From assembly GCA_043228905.1 (NCBI GenBank), contig JBHGNT010000002.1:24056001-24120000 (forward strand): DNA of 64,000 nucleotides. The letters run 5' to 3'. Both the position numbers and the translations under genes were made by a program. The DNA is from Azolla caroliniana (Eukaryota; Plantae; Polypodiophyta). The notes beneath the pieces were generated by a model. It was not told the DNA's origin, made no database searches, and was given only the letters and a program-made list of their open reading frames with translations. Positions 46,362 through 59,950 of this stretch are shown here, piece after piece. Position 1 is the stretch's first letter. Each line of letters starts with the position of its first letter.

Positions 46362-49300
46362 AGTACTAGTGTAGACTACTAGGCAATTATAGTCTCGTAG
46401 TAAGTGTCAGATGCTCGTGCGAGCATTGAAGTATGCGGTACTTCTGTCAGTCCCACAAGGACTTGTATAAATAATGCTACTGAGCATAGTTGTAAGAACA
46501 GAGTGTTTTATATATTTTGGAATATAGCTTTGAGGTTCTGCTCTCTCTGTCTCTCCTAGGTACTCTGTGTATTCCCTAATTTCTCTGTTTTTCTAACGCC
46601 TCCGCAAGTAATCGTTTACATGGTATCAGAGCCTCTATAGCCGACAAACGCTTGAAAGCAAATCCTAACAGGTCATAAGAACAACAGACAGAGAAGTGAT
46701 GGATAGAGGAATGGCTGGTTCGCTCCCTGTGGAGAAGCTCGACAGATCCAACTATGCATCTTGGTCGTATAAGATGCACCAGTACCTGCTTGGGCATGGC
46801 TACTGGAGTTTCGTCGAAGGAGCCAACGAAATAGCACTTGATGCGGCACATCAAGACTTCCCAGTGTGGGAACAATCGGCAAGCAAAGTGATGTACTGCT
46901 TCCCGTCCAGTGTCGGAGACCAGCTGCTTAGCCACATCCGAGATGCCAAGACGCCGAAGGAGGCTTGGGGGAACCTGAAGAAGGTTTTCGCCACGAGCAC
47001 TACAGCCCAGAAGTTGCAACTCCAACAGGAGTTGAGCAATGTCCGACAGAAGGACATGTCGGTGGCGGATTACACAGCCCAGATCAAAGAGATCTGTGAC
47101 TCGCTTGCCTCTATCAACGTTACCGTAGAGGAAGACGAGATGGTACAGGTCTGTCTTGGGGGCGTAGCGTCTAAGTTCAAAGTGTTCCAAACGACGGTAT
47201 GTAGAAGGGAGAATACGCCGTCATTTTTCGACTTACAGTCGATGCTCCTTGTAGAGGAGAACCACGCCGGTGCGTCAACTAGTGCACCCATTGACAACCG
47301 GATGCTGTACACGGAAGCGGATCGGTCCCGTGGGCGTGGTGGACGAGGCGGGTTGGCACGCAATGGAGGCGGCCGGCAAGAGCAAGAACGAAGGCACAGA
47401 GAACGTGCCGACAGCAGTTCTGGGACTTCCACAAGCAGGGGGAATCAAGGCGGTGCCGGAGGCTGGCAAGACAAATCTGCAACGGAATGTTGGTACTGTG
47501 GCAAAAAGGGCCACAGAGAAAGCGAGTGCTAGAGAAAACGTGTCGATTTGGACAAATCCGGATCCGGCAAGGCTGGCAAGGATGGTCGGCAAAGCTCGCA
47601 CTACGCGAAGGGATCGGGAGGATCCAAGAACGAGAATGGGCCAGCCTTGGTGATGAAGCACGAGGCGAACTCGATGAAGAAGACCACTTCCAAATCAGAG
47701 GAAGTGTGGTATGTTGATTCCGGTGTGTCGAACCACATGACGAACCACAAAGAGTGGTTCTCCTTTTTGGAGAAACCAGATCAACCAGGAGTAGTTGAAA
47801 CCGGAGACGACACTCCTCACCCAATTGTGCACGTCAGAGAAGTCCCTTTGAGCCACGTCAGACAGAAGGGGAAGCTGATGAACGTATTACACGTTCCGAC
47901 GATCACGAAGAACCTGGTGTCGGTCAGACAGATCGTCGACCAAGGGATGCAGGTGCGGTTTACGCACCTCGGGTGCTTCATCGAGGAAGAGGGCCAGATT
48001 ATTGTGCATGGGCGTAGAGACGGGAGGATGTTTATCCTCGACACGAATGACGTCGGAACCACTCTGTTTGGAAAAGGACAGAAGGTCGAATCGGACATCG
48101 ACCTGTGGCACAAGCAGATAGGCCAAGTCAATTACCGGAGGCTTCAAGACCTGCAAACGAAACAAGTTGTTTTCGGTTTGCCGAAGTTTAGCAGCGGGAA
48201 GGCCCAAGTATGTGAAGCCTGCCAACTCGGGAAGCAACACCGGCTTCCATTCCCCACCGAACGTAACCGGAGCCGTAACAAGCTTGATCTTATCCATTCG
48301 GATGTGTGGGGACCGGCACAGAATGTTAGTCTTGGCGAGAGTCGATATTTCGTCTCCTTCATCGACGACTATACGCGGCACACATGGATCTACCTCATTG
48401 AGCGGAAGAGTGAAGTCTTCGAGTGTTTCCGGAGTCTCCAAAGCATGGTGGAACGGGAATCGGAGAGGAAGATCAAATGCCTGCGGTCGGATGGCGGAAA
48501 AGAGTACTTTTCCGGCCAATTCAATAGTTATCTGTAGCAAAAGGGAATTCGGCGAGAGTTTAGTTGCAGATACACACCGCAACAGAATGGTGTTGCCGAA
48601 AGGAAAAACCGGTCGCTTATTGATGTGGCAAGGGCAATGCTGGAGGAGAACAGCATGCCCAAATTCTACTGGGCGGAGGTAGTCCGAACAACTGTCTACA
48701 TCCAGAACCGGATCGGTGACAAGGTGTCAGCTATTGAGCTGTATTTCGGACGCAAGTTGAATTTGAGACACCTTAAGATCTTCGGTAGCATTGCATATGC
48801 GCATGTACTGGAAGAGAAGCGGAGGAAGCTGGATGCAAAATCGGAAAAATGCATCCTAATCGGCTATGCTCAAGAGCAGAAGGGTTATAAGTGTTATCAC
48901 CCCCGGACAAAGCAGGTTCGAGTTTGTCGAGATGTCGAGTTCGATGAATCGGCATCGTGGTACTCCTTACCGACTCCGACTTCCGAATCCGACCCGGTGC
49001 CGGTGGATGAGGCTAGTGAGCCTGAACCGGCCCAGGTAGAGGATGATGAAGCGTGGACTCAGGATGAGAGTCCGGAATCGTTCCAGTTGAGCGGGCCAAA
49101 CGAGAGACTAAGTCAATCTGACTAGTCCGATGAGGAACCGACGAGTAGTGGAGACTCTGCCGTGCACTCCCCGCGCAAGGAACCGAGGCGACGGTTCACG
49201 CGCAAAGAGAAGGGGAAGAAGAAGATGTCGGAATTCGAAACCGGCAATGATGAGTCGGATCAGTGTGCATCTAAATCCGGCAAGGAGAAAGTCGGATCTT

Positions 49301-51789
49301 CGGCAACGAAGACCGAACCGGCCAAGAAGGGCCTCAAACCGAGTAACAATGAGTTACGTCGGTCCACCCGCGAGAAGGATCTCATCAAGCGGTACGGGTA
49401 CAATGAGTACATGGCGCATCACTATGCGTACATGACTAAGGTGGCGGAAGTGCGTGAGCCGGAGAGCTACGTAGAAGTAGCCAAGGACACAAATTGGTGT
49501 GCTGCTATGGAAGAAGAAATGCGGGCACTTGATGTCAACAAGACATGGGACCTGGTTGACCCTCCTTGTCACTATAAACCGATCGGATGCAAGTGGATAT
49601 ACAAGGTAAAGTACAACGCCGACGGTTCTGTTAACCAGTATAAAGCCCGGTTAGTGGCGAAGGGATACGCGTAGACCCACGGAATCGACTACGACGAGAC
49701 CTTCGCTCTGGTAGCGAAGATGACGACCGTGCGGTGCTGGCGGTTGTTGCAGCAAGGGGGTGGCATCTTCACCAGATGGATGTGAAGAATGTGTTTCTTC
49801 AGGGTGATCTCGAAGAAGAAGTCTTTATGACTCAGCCCCCCGGCTTTGAATCGGAGATGAACAAGTTGTCGGACGCATTTGAGATGAAGGATCTGGGGGA
49901 CCTTCATTATTTTCTAGGGATTGAGGTGATCTGAATCCCGGACGGCATATTGCTCTCACAACGACATTACGTCTTGAATATATTGTACAAGTTCGGCATG
50001 ACAGAATGCCGACTTGTCTCCACACCCTTGGACCGGAACCAAAAGCTTCGTCCCAACTTCAGACCGGCCTGCAACGAGCAACGGTTCTGACAGATTGTCG
50101 GAAGCCTTATTTACTTGACTATCACATGACCCGACATGAGCTATCCGGTCAGAATGATAAGTCAGTTCATGCAAAAGCCGACCGTGGAGCACCTTCAGTG
50201 CACGCAAAGGATATTGTGGTATGTTAGCGGCACGAAGGACTGGGGATTGTTATACCAGCGCGGTATACCCGAAGAGCTGGTCGGTTACACGGATGCCGAC
50301 TGGGCCGGCAATGCATCAGATTGCCGATCAACCTCCGGTTACATGTTTTCCCTAGGTAGCGCGGCTGTTGCGTGGAGCAGCAAAAAGCAGCCAACAGTTG
50401 CTATGTCGAGCACTGAGGCTGAGTATCGGGGCGCTACCATTGCCACCTGTAAAGCCATTTGGCTTCGGTGACTGCTGCAAGACCTACAGATCGATGTACC
50501 GACCCCGATTCTGGTCTATTGCGACAACATATGTAGCATGCAACTCACCAAGAACCCTATGTTCCATGCTCGCACGAAACACATAGAAGTGCACTATCAC
50601 TTTGTGCGTGAGCGGGTCCTGAGCGGTGAAATTGAACTACGGTATGTTCACACGGATCGGCAAGTTGCTGATATATTCACCAAGCTGCTCGGATCGGACA
50701 AGTTGCAGCACTTTACCGACATGCTTGGTGTTCAGCATCTCGACGTGCCACACTTGAGGGGGAGAATGGACAAAGACATCGGAACGGGCAAAGGAAAAGA
50801 GACTGCCGATTGCGTCGGTGAGGGAAGAACAGAAGGCGGCAGAGTCAAGAAGGACAGAGCTGACCGAAGGAAGAAGGCCAAGACCCGGACATGGTCCGAT
50901 TGCGTCGGTGAGGGAAGAACAGAAGGCGGCAGAGTCAAGAAGGACAGAGCTGACCGAAGGAAGAAGGCCAAGACCCGGACATGGTCCGATGTGGTAATGG
51001 GCTTGGAACCAGAAGATGAATCGGGAGCAACCGATTCGGACAAGAGCTGGAACGAATCGGAGATAGTCGATTCGGTCCGGATCAATTCAAGGCCAAGTAG
51101 ACACGGATGCAGTAGAAGTCGATGCCATCGCGGAGGAACCGACGGATCGGGAAGCGCCAGAGTCATAGAAACAAAGGATCTGAGAGGGGCCTATTAAGTA
51201 GACATGCCGACCAAGAAGGTCGAGGTGCGCAAAACCAGAAGGGTCGCGACAAACGGGACCAGACCGGACGAGGAGCGCGAGCAAGGCGAAGCGACGCCAG
51301 GAGAAGTCGGTTGGAAGAACCGACTGCCACAGAGACTGACACTAAGATCCAACCTCAAGTTGAGCTTGAGGGGGAGTGTTGAGTGGCAAGCTCAACTGGA
51401 GCCGGATCGGCTGAATAAGCCTGAGCCGGCAAGCGAGACGGATCGGTAAGTTGAGCAACCGAGCCGGCAAGCAAGAAAGCTGGTAAGCTGGGGAGCCGGT
51501 TTGCCGGATCCAATCAATAACTGGAAGCCTAGTACTAGAGTAGACTACTAGGCAATTATAGTCTCGTAGTAAGTGTCAGATGCTCGTGCGAGCATTGAAG
51601 TACGCGGTACTTTTGTAAGTCCCATGAGGACTTGTATAAATAATGCTAACTAGCATAGTTGTAAGAACAGAGTGTTTTATATATTTTTGAATATAGCTTT
51701 GAGGTTCTGCTCTCTCTGTCTCTCCCGGGTACTCTGTGTATTCCCTAATTTCTCTATTTTTCTAACACTTCTGCAAGTAATCGTTTACC
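46362..51789 (+). mobile_element. Ty1/Copia element 1 (5' LTR truncated, PBS-Met 46621-46632, gag-PR-IN-RT-RH, PPT 51368-51376, 3' LTR 51377-51789)
   Basis: TGGTATCAGAGC; CWYCGKKGHRESEC; WYVDSG; HSDVWGP; RSDGG; YKARLVAKG; GYTDADWAG; RTKHIEVHYHFVRE; RT core (LYGLKQ-YVDD) deleted near 49850. Confidence 0.95.
50806..50990 (+). repeat. 90-bp tandem duplication in Copia 3' region
   Basis: ccgattgcgtcggtgagggaagaacagaagg at 50806 and 50896. Confidence 0.95.
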
Positions 51790-54700
51790 CTGATCAACAC
51801 CAAACACGGGTGGAAGATACGCGCGGCAACAAGAGCCACGGAAGAGCTACACGGGGCCTGCCCGAACATCAGGGTGAGTGTCGGAGACGTCGACATAAAC
51901 CATCACTTTTTTGTGCAAGAAATGTCCTCCCACCCAGTCATCCTCGGGGAACCCTACATCACGGCGGCTATAATGGAGACAAAAGTGCTGGACAATGGTT
52001 CAGCCAGCATCAACGGCAAAGAAAGGAAATGGGCCGAGGTACGCTTAAAGGAGTGCAGAGCCTTAAGCCACGATGAAGGAATTAGGGAAGCCGTGGAGGT
52101 GGTCTCATTCGATGACAACTTGGGGGAAATCGGGAAGGTAGTCGAAGGAGGCCTAAGCGAAGACCGAGTCATACCGGTCAGCTTGATCGACATGTATGAA
52201 GTCATTGCAGACTTCGAAAGAGGAACCTGGGTGCATCGGATTGCCCGAGTAGACACTAAATACAAGACTGTGGACCGGAAGGTGAAGCCCGTCACGGCCC
52301 CCTTACCGGACGGCAGCTGGGGACAAATAAAGGGGGTCGCTACTGACCCGAGCCTACGAAATCTGGCCGGCATAGGACACCGTTTCACCGACAAAACGCT
52401 ACGAGAGCTGAAGATCGGTGGGGGTGACTTCCTACTGCCGACGGAAGAGGACCGGTTCGGAAGAATGCTCGAGAAGCACGGGGAGGCCTTCGCATTCTCA
52501 CCATGAGAGATCGGGTGCGTCGACCCGACCATCGTCGAGCCAATGGTGATCTTTACAATACCACACATACCATGGAGTCTCAAGCCGATCCCAGTACCGA
52601 GAGCTCACATGCCAATGTTGATGAAGCTTCTTAAGCAGAAAGTGGAGTTGGGCATCCTCGAACCGTCGAGTGCCCACTACTCTAACCGGTGGTTTATGGT
52701 ACCAAAGAAGAACGACACGCTGCGGTTCATCCAGGACTTACAACCGGTCAACAAAGTGACCATCCGCAATACGGGGGTCGGGCTGTCGATCGATGAGTTC
52801 ACTAAAGCCTTCGCCAGAAGGTCCATATACTCGGTCGGGGATCTTCACTTGGGATATGACCAATTCCAGCTTGCCGTGGAAAGATAGGACATCACGACGA
52901 TGCGGACCCCTCTCGGCCTAGTTTGAATGTGTACCCTACCACAGGGCGGAACCAACTCGGTGGCACACATGGTGAACGCAATGAACAGAGTTCTGAGGGA
53001 CTACATCCCGGATATTACCATGCCTTTCCTAGACGACATCCCTATAAAGGGATTTCCGGAAGACGCTAAGGATGAGTCGATCGGCGCGAATGGGTGCGGA
53101 AGGTTTGTCGCGGACCACATCTCCGACTGCAACAAGATACTACAGAGGCTCGAGGGCGCACGACTTACCTTCTTGGGAGAAAAGTCGACTTTCGGACAAC
53201 TGGAGATATTAGTGCTTGGCCACCTATGTGGGCCGTACGGCTGTAAGCCATCGCAGACCAAGGTAGAGCCCATCTCGGCAATGAAGGAGGAGTGCAGATC
53301 CATCATAGAGGTCTGGCAGTTCCTGGGGGCATGCGCCTTCTACCACATATGGATCCCTCATTATGCGCACGTCACCGAACCTCTCTACGGCCTGCTAAAG
53401 AAGAACAGGAAATTCGAATGGACGAAGGAACATACGGAGGCAGTCCGGAAACTAAAACGAATGCTACCACAGGGCGGAACCAACTCGGTGGCACACATGG
53501 TGAACGCAATGAACAGAGTTTTGAGGGACTACATCCCGGATATCACCATGCCTTTCCTAGATGACATCCCTATAAAGGGGTTTCTGGAAGACGCTAAGGA
53601 TGAGTCGATCGGCGCGGACCACATCTCCGACTGCGACAAGATACTACAGAGGCTCGAGGGCGCACGACTTACCTTCTTGGGAGAAAAGTCGGCTTTCGGA
53701 CAACCGGAGATATTAGTGGTTGGCCACCTATGTGGGCCGTACGGCCGTAAGCCATTGCCGACTAAGGTATAGGCCATCTTGGCAATGAAGGAGGAGTGTG
53801 GATCCATCATAGAGGTATGGCGGTTCCTAGGGGCATGCGCCTTCTACCACATATGGATCCCTCATTATGCACACGTCACCGAACCTCTCTACGGCCTCCT
53901 GAAGAAGAACAGGAAATTCGAATGGACGAAGGAACATACGAAGGCGGTCCGGAAACTAAAACGAACGCTTGCCGCGGCACCGGCTTTGCGCAAAGCGGAA
54001 TACACATTGGGAATCCCGGTTTACATCACTGTGGACACCAGCCTCACCGGGATCGGGTGGTTCGTGAATCAAAAGGGCGAAGATAGCACGCGCTTCCCTA
54101 TCCGGTTCGGTGCAAAGGTACTGAGTGAACGACAACGAGGGTACGCCCAAGTCAAGCGCGAGCTGTGGGGTATCGTTTCGTCGGTTAAGGTCGACAAAGA
54201 TTCCCTAATCGGAACAGAACTAATTATCGAAACAGACTGCTTACCGATTCTCGGTATGGTCTCCGGATGCGCAACTCCTGACCTAGCCATGCTCAGGTGG
54301 ATTGCATACATCAAGTCCCTGAACCCGGAGATACGACACATCTCGGGTAAAGACAACGCCATGGCCAATATGCTTTCTAGAGCAAGATTTGAGGATGAGG
54401 ACGGCATGGTATCAGAGAGCGAAGAAGTTGGCGCAGACTTCTTCAAATCGGCAAGGATGAGGATAAAGGGGCGAAGTGCTCCGCCCGTGAATGAGTTCGA
54501 CGAAGTCGGCTACGACGGTGAGTGGCTTCTAATCGGGAGGTTTCTGGGGACAATGACGACTGACGCCACAATGACTAAGGAGGAGGCCATACAGCTCTGG
54601 AAGAAGGCATATCGGTATTTCCTGCGGGATGGAAAAATCTGGAGGATCCCAAAAAGGTGAAACGACGCGCCGCTCCGGGTAATAGCGCGGGTGGATGACC

Positions 54701-55628
54701 AACAGAAGCTAATGTCAGAGTTCCATGAGAGCCACCGGGGTACATGGGCTACATTCAAGAAGTTAAAGGGAAAATATTGGTGGCCAAGCATGTACAAGAG
54801 CGTGCACGACTTCATGTGCACGTGCGAAAGCTGCCAGATGCACTCGGTGGTTCGACATCGCGACGACCTACACCCAACTTATCCTCCGACCGTGCACTTC
54901 AAATGGATGGTTGACTTAGTTACGATGCCGATGGGCGAAGGTCAAAAGCGATAACTAGTGCTGGCTAAAGAGGACCTAACCAACCAAGTAGAGGGACGAG
55001 CACTAACGAATAAGACCATTGTGGCCGTATGCAAGTTTCTGGTCGAGGATGTCATATGCCAATACGGGTGCGTGGGGAAAATCGTAGCTGACCGAGGAGA
55101 GCTAGACGCGGAAGAGGCCGAGGAACTGTTCTATCGGTTAGGTGTAAAACTGTCCCTCACAATGACGTACAACCCGGAGGCAAATGGAAGGATTTAACGG
55201 GGCCACGGTCCGATTGTAAAGGCCGTTGTACGCGCGTGCAAGGGTCAAGTCGGCGACTGGCCGAGGTTGCTCCCGTACGCGTTATGGGCGGACAGGACTA
55301 CCCACAGTTTGGTGACAGGGTACATGCCGGCGGAACTAATGTACGGACAAAAACCCATCATGCCAATAGAGTGAACGATCGCCTCGTGGGTAGCGATCGA
55401 TTGGGCTAGTGAAATGAGCATAGAAGAGTTGCTAGCGGCACAAATCCGGCAACTCGAGCGAAGACCAGAAGACGTGGAATGAGCCACGACGAGGGTGAGA
55501 GAAGCAAGGATCCGGAGCAAAGCCCAGTTCGTTCGAGCGCACCGGCTCCAGCCAAGGAAGATCAAGGAAGGCGACTGGGAGTTAGTCTACGACAGCAGCC
55601 TCAACAACCAACATAGGTCTACGCACAA
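51790..55628 (+). pseudogene. Gypsy PR-RT-RH-IN remnant (probably continuation of element A) with about 528-bp tandem duplication in RT
   Basis: INTKHGWKIRAA, LPQGGTNS twice (52938 and 53466), PFLDD, VDTSLTG, YNPEANG; ends inside the IN C-terminal region. Confidence 0.88.
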
Positions 55629-58600
55629 GGTCGCGGTGTCTGGCCCAGGAACTCTCATGAAATGCCGCAAATAGTTCCTCTTGTTCCTCTTTCTTTGCCA
55701 CTACTCGGAGCGGGATGTCGTTTCTCTTCTTTGGGTGCCTCCATATGCACTCGTCTCGCAGGAAGAATCGGTACGCCTTCTTCCATACCCGGCTCGCCTC
55801 TTCTCTCGTCCATGTTGCGTCCGGCATCATCGTCCGTAGGAATCTCCCGATTCGGAGCCACTCCCCGTTGTACCTGCTTTTGTCAAATTCGTTAAGCGCC
55901 GGAGTGACCCTTTTCCTCGTCGTTACGTTAGCCGACCTAAAGAAGTCTTCGTTGACTTCTTCTTCATCCGAAACCATGTCGTCTTCATCGTCGAACCTCG
56001 CTATCGAAAGCATGTCGGCCATGGCGTTATCCTTTCCGGAGATGTGTCGTACCCCCGGGTTCAGGGACTTAATGTACGCTATCCACCGGAACATTGCTAG
56101 GTCCGGCGTCGCGCATCCGGAAACCATGCCGAGTATCAGCAGGCAGTCCGTCTCGATGATCACCTCCGTCCCGATCAGATAGTCCTTGTCGGCCTTGACT
56201 GCCAAAACGATACCCCGAAGCTCGCGCTTAACTTGGGCGTATCCTTACTGCCGCTCGCTCAATACCTTCGCCCCGAACCGGATCGGGAATCGTACACCGT
56301 CCTTGTCCTCCTGTCTGATTACCTACCCGATCCCAATCGGGCTCATGTCCACCGTCACGCAAATGGGGACACCCTTGCCGTAAACCGCTTTACGGAGGAC
56401 CGGCGCTACCGTAAGCGCCTCCTTTAGTCTCCGGACCGACTCCATGTGCTCCATCCTCCACTCGAACCCATGCCCTTTCTTCAATAGCCCGTAGAGAGGC
56501 TCCGCAACATGCGCGTAGTGCGGAATCCAGATGTGGTAGAACGCACATGCTCCCAAGAATCTGCGGACCTCCGTGATTGACCCGCAATCGTCCCTCATCG
56601 CGGAGATGGCCTCTACCTTTGCCGGAGACGGTTTCCTACCGTAGGGCCCGCACAGGTGTCCAACCACCAAGATCTCTGACTGTCCGAACGCCGATTTTTC
56701 TCCGGAGAAGGTGAGTCGTGCATTTTCGAGCTTCTGCGGCACCTTCTCATATCCGTCTGGCCCGACAGTCTTGTCCGCGTCATCCACCGGACACCCCTTT
56801 ATCGGGATGTCATCCAAGAATGGCATGGTGATGTCCGGGATGCAGTCCCTTAGCACTTTGTTCATTGCGTTCACCATATCCGCCACCGAATTTGTCCCAC
56901 CTTGTGGTAGGGTACACATCCGTACTAGGCCGAGAGGAGTTCGCATCGTCGTGATATCCCTGCTTTCCACAGCTAGCCGGAACTAGTCATACCCCGAGTA
57001 TAAGTCACTGACCGAATAGATCGACCTTCCAGCGAAGGCCTCCGTGAAATCGTCTATGGTCGGTCCGATTCCTGCATTACAGATGGTCACCCTATTGACC
57101 GGTTGCAGGTCCTGAATGAAGCGCAGTGTGTCGTTCTTCTTCAGCACCGTAAACCACCGATTTGAATACGGGGCACTCGACGGTTCGAGGATGGCCATCT
57201 CCACCTTTTGCTTCAGAAGCTCCATCAACTTCGGGATGTGAGCTCTCAGTCCGGAATCGGTTTGAGATTCCACGGTACATGCGGTACCGTGAAGATCACC
57301 ATCAGTTCGACGACCGTCGGGTCCACGCACCCGATCTTCTCCAGCGAGAATGCGAAGGCTTTCCCATGCCTTCCGAGCATTCTCCGAAACCTGTTCTCCT
57401 CTGACGGCAGTAGGAAGCCACCCCCACCAACCTTGAGCTCCCGTAGCGTTATGTCGGTGAACCGGTGCCCTATGCCAGCCGGATTCCGTAAACTCAGGTC
57501 CGACACGACCCCTTTTATCCGCTCCTCGTTGCCCTCCAGCAAGGGTGTTGCGACTGGCCTCACCTTCCTGTTCACAGTCTTGTACTTTGTATCCACTTGG
57601 GCCGTCCAACCCGACTCGATCCTCTCCCCGAAGTCCGCGATGACTTCATACATTCCCATCGAACCTACCGGAACGGTCCGGTCTTCTCTAAGGTGTCGTC
57701 AAAAGAGACCGCCTCCACGGCGCCGCTGATCTCTTCTTCGGGGGAGAGGATTCCATACGTCCTGAGCCGCTCCTCCGCTCGCTTCCTTTCCCAGCCACTG
57801 ATGCCGGCCATAGTACAACCTCCGTTGTCGGAGAACCAAAATTTTCTACCTATGGTACAGGTCTTCTTCCGTATTGTACATTTGTGGGGTTCTTCCCGGG
57901 TGTCCGGATTATCGCGGCCCCACGCCTTGATAGCCCTCTCTAAAAATCCCCTCGGGTTTCGCCACCGAGGGCCTCGCGGTTACGCTCGTGGTTTGGTGGC
58001 ACCGTTAGGAATTGGACCGAGTGACGCCCGTCCTGGCTCTTGACTCTTGCATAGGCTGAACCGTTGTCCAGCACCTTGGTCTCCATCCGCGCCGCCGGGA
58101 TATATGGCTCTCCTAGTACAACCGGATGCGAGGACGTCTCCTGCACGAAGAAGTGCTGGTCGATCTCAACATCGCCGATTTTCACCCGTACGTTCGGACA
58201 GGCCCCATGTAGTTCTTCTGTGGCGCGCATCGCTGCCCGTATCTTCTAGCCGTTCTTGGTGTTGATTGGCCATTTACCCTTCTTGTAGAAATCCATGGAC
58301 TTTAGGTTGATTTCGGATCCATGGTCTACCAACGCCACCACCGGTTCCAGAATGTTGCCGATCCGTACAGGGGTTTCCGTAGTTGCCCTAGCGCAATGTG
58401 GCTTTGTGTAGTGGCTTCCCGCCAACTCGTATTCTAGGGCTTCATCTTCCAAGTGCGTGGTCTGCACCTCCACCGGTTTCTCCGGTTCGGGCTTCGTCGA
58501 GAGCCTCTTCCGCTTCACCAAGTCTACGATAGAGTCGTGGAACTCCCTCTTGGCGATTCCCAGCACCTCCCACAATGACAGCTCCACTTTATTGTCGAGG

Positions 58601-59284
58601 ATACGTTCCTCCAGGACCTTTCGTAAAGTGGAGCCACCTTTTCCCTGTCGAGCGCGTCCATTGACTTGACAAACAGTTGTACTCGACTCGTTTCGAGCAC
58701 GGTCCCGTCCAACGTCGACAGCCGCGCGAACCGTTTTTCAAACTCCTGGAGGAGCGCCGATGTGTTCCTCCCCTTTCTAGGGCTTTCCACCCATGGCATG
58801 AAGTCCCGCCTCGATAGCCGAAGCGAGTCGTCAAACCCGTACTTCTCGAGGAGTTGCAGCTTGAACTCCTCCCAAGTCTGGCATCCGGCCAGCACCTCGA
58901 GCACTTCCGCATGGATGCTCGGCGTCACCACCCAAGGGAATCCGGACAGCCGCATGTCCACCGGGATATCCCACATGATCATTTCGTCCTGGTAAGCGTC
59001 CAAATAACTTGTGGCGTCTTTCCCTCCGAACCAGCCTATAGAGCCGACTATCGATTCAATGGCTCTATCGAGGGTACCCGTCCCCTCACGAGCACTTACC
59101 AGTCGGTCGACAGCCATCGCCATTGCCTCTACTAGCTCCGATCCCCTCATCTTTCAACTCCTTTGCCGCCCTTTTCACGTAGGGTTCACCAATTATATGT
59201 CGTGTTGTTACGTGCGTGCGTGGAGAAAGAGGCGGGACCACGGGGTCCTTGAACCGAGGAGCGAGAGAGAGAGATGCAAGCACA

Positions 59285-59370
<86 letters not shown>

Positions 59371-59950
59371 TTTGCAAATATGTGGAAGCGAGAAGGAGGA
59401 GAACGAACGGAACCCTTGATTACAATAACAGTCGATTACAATATCAAGAGATTACAAACTTTGACGGTTACAACCGGCCAGCTGGCGATGGACCCGACAC
59501 GGGGACCCTACTCACGCACACAAACAGAACACACTGGACCCCGAAAACGTAGAAGGGAGAGCCTCTGCTGGAAGCACACAGGCTGTCCACGAAGCAGGGG
59601 CAGCGAACTCCCGACACCCGCAGAGAACAACGATTCTCGGAGAGAGAGAGAGACCCGCACTCCGTTCTGCAGCAGCCCTTCGTCCTCGCCAACGTGCGAG
59701 TCCCCTCTCCCCTCTCTCTTTTCCTTTTTATAGTTCCCATCCCTAGTCAAATTGCTTTATTCCCTGTCCCTTCTGACAAAGATATGCACAATCCCCTAAA
59801 AAATGTGTACTACTTAGTATTTACATCAACCGATCCATTTATGAATCGTGTACAAAATATCAAGATATCAATTCACGCGTCCATCTGTGTAAGAGCCAGT
59901 TCATGCGCCTTTTTCTCCAATTCCGCCTATGGCCGGTTTTCTTCACAACA
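55629..59950 (-). mobile_element. Gypsy element C (5' LTR 59198-59950, PBS 59175-59191, gag, PR, RT, RH; truncated at start of IN)
   Basis: LTR termini TGTTGTGAAG...CACGACA on minus; MRGSELVEAM gag start at 59150; DHGSEIN, PFLDD, ETDCL motifs. Confidence 0.9.
59288..59370. repeat. (GA)n microsatellite inside LTR of element C
   Basis: Uninterrupted ga run of about 70 nt. Confidence 0.97.

Noticed and set aside
59011-59733. 240-aa ORF with RE repeats
   Set aside because: Translation of a (GA)n microsatellite plus antisense gag and LTR
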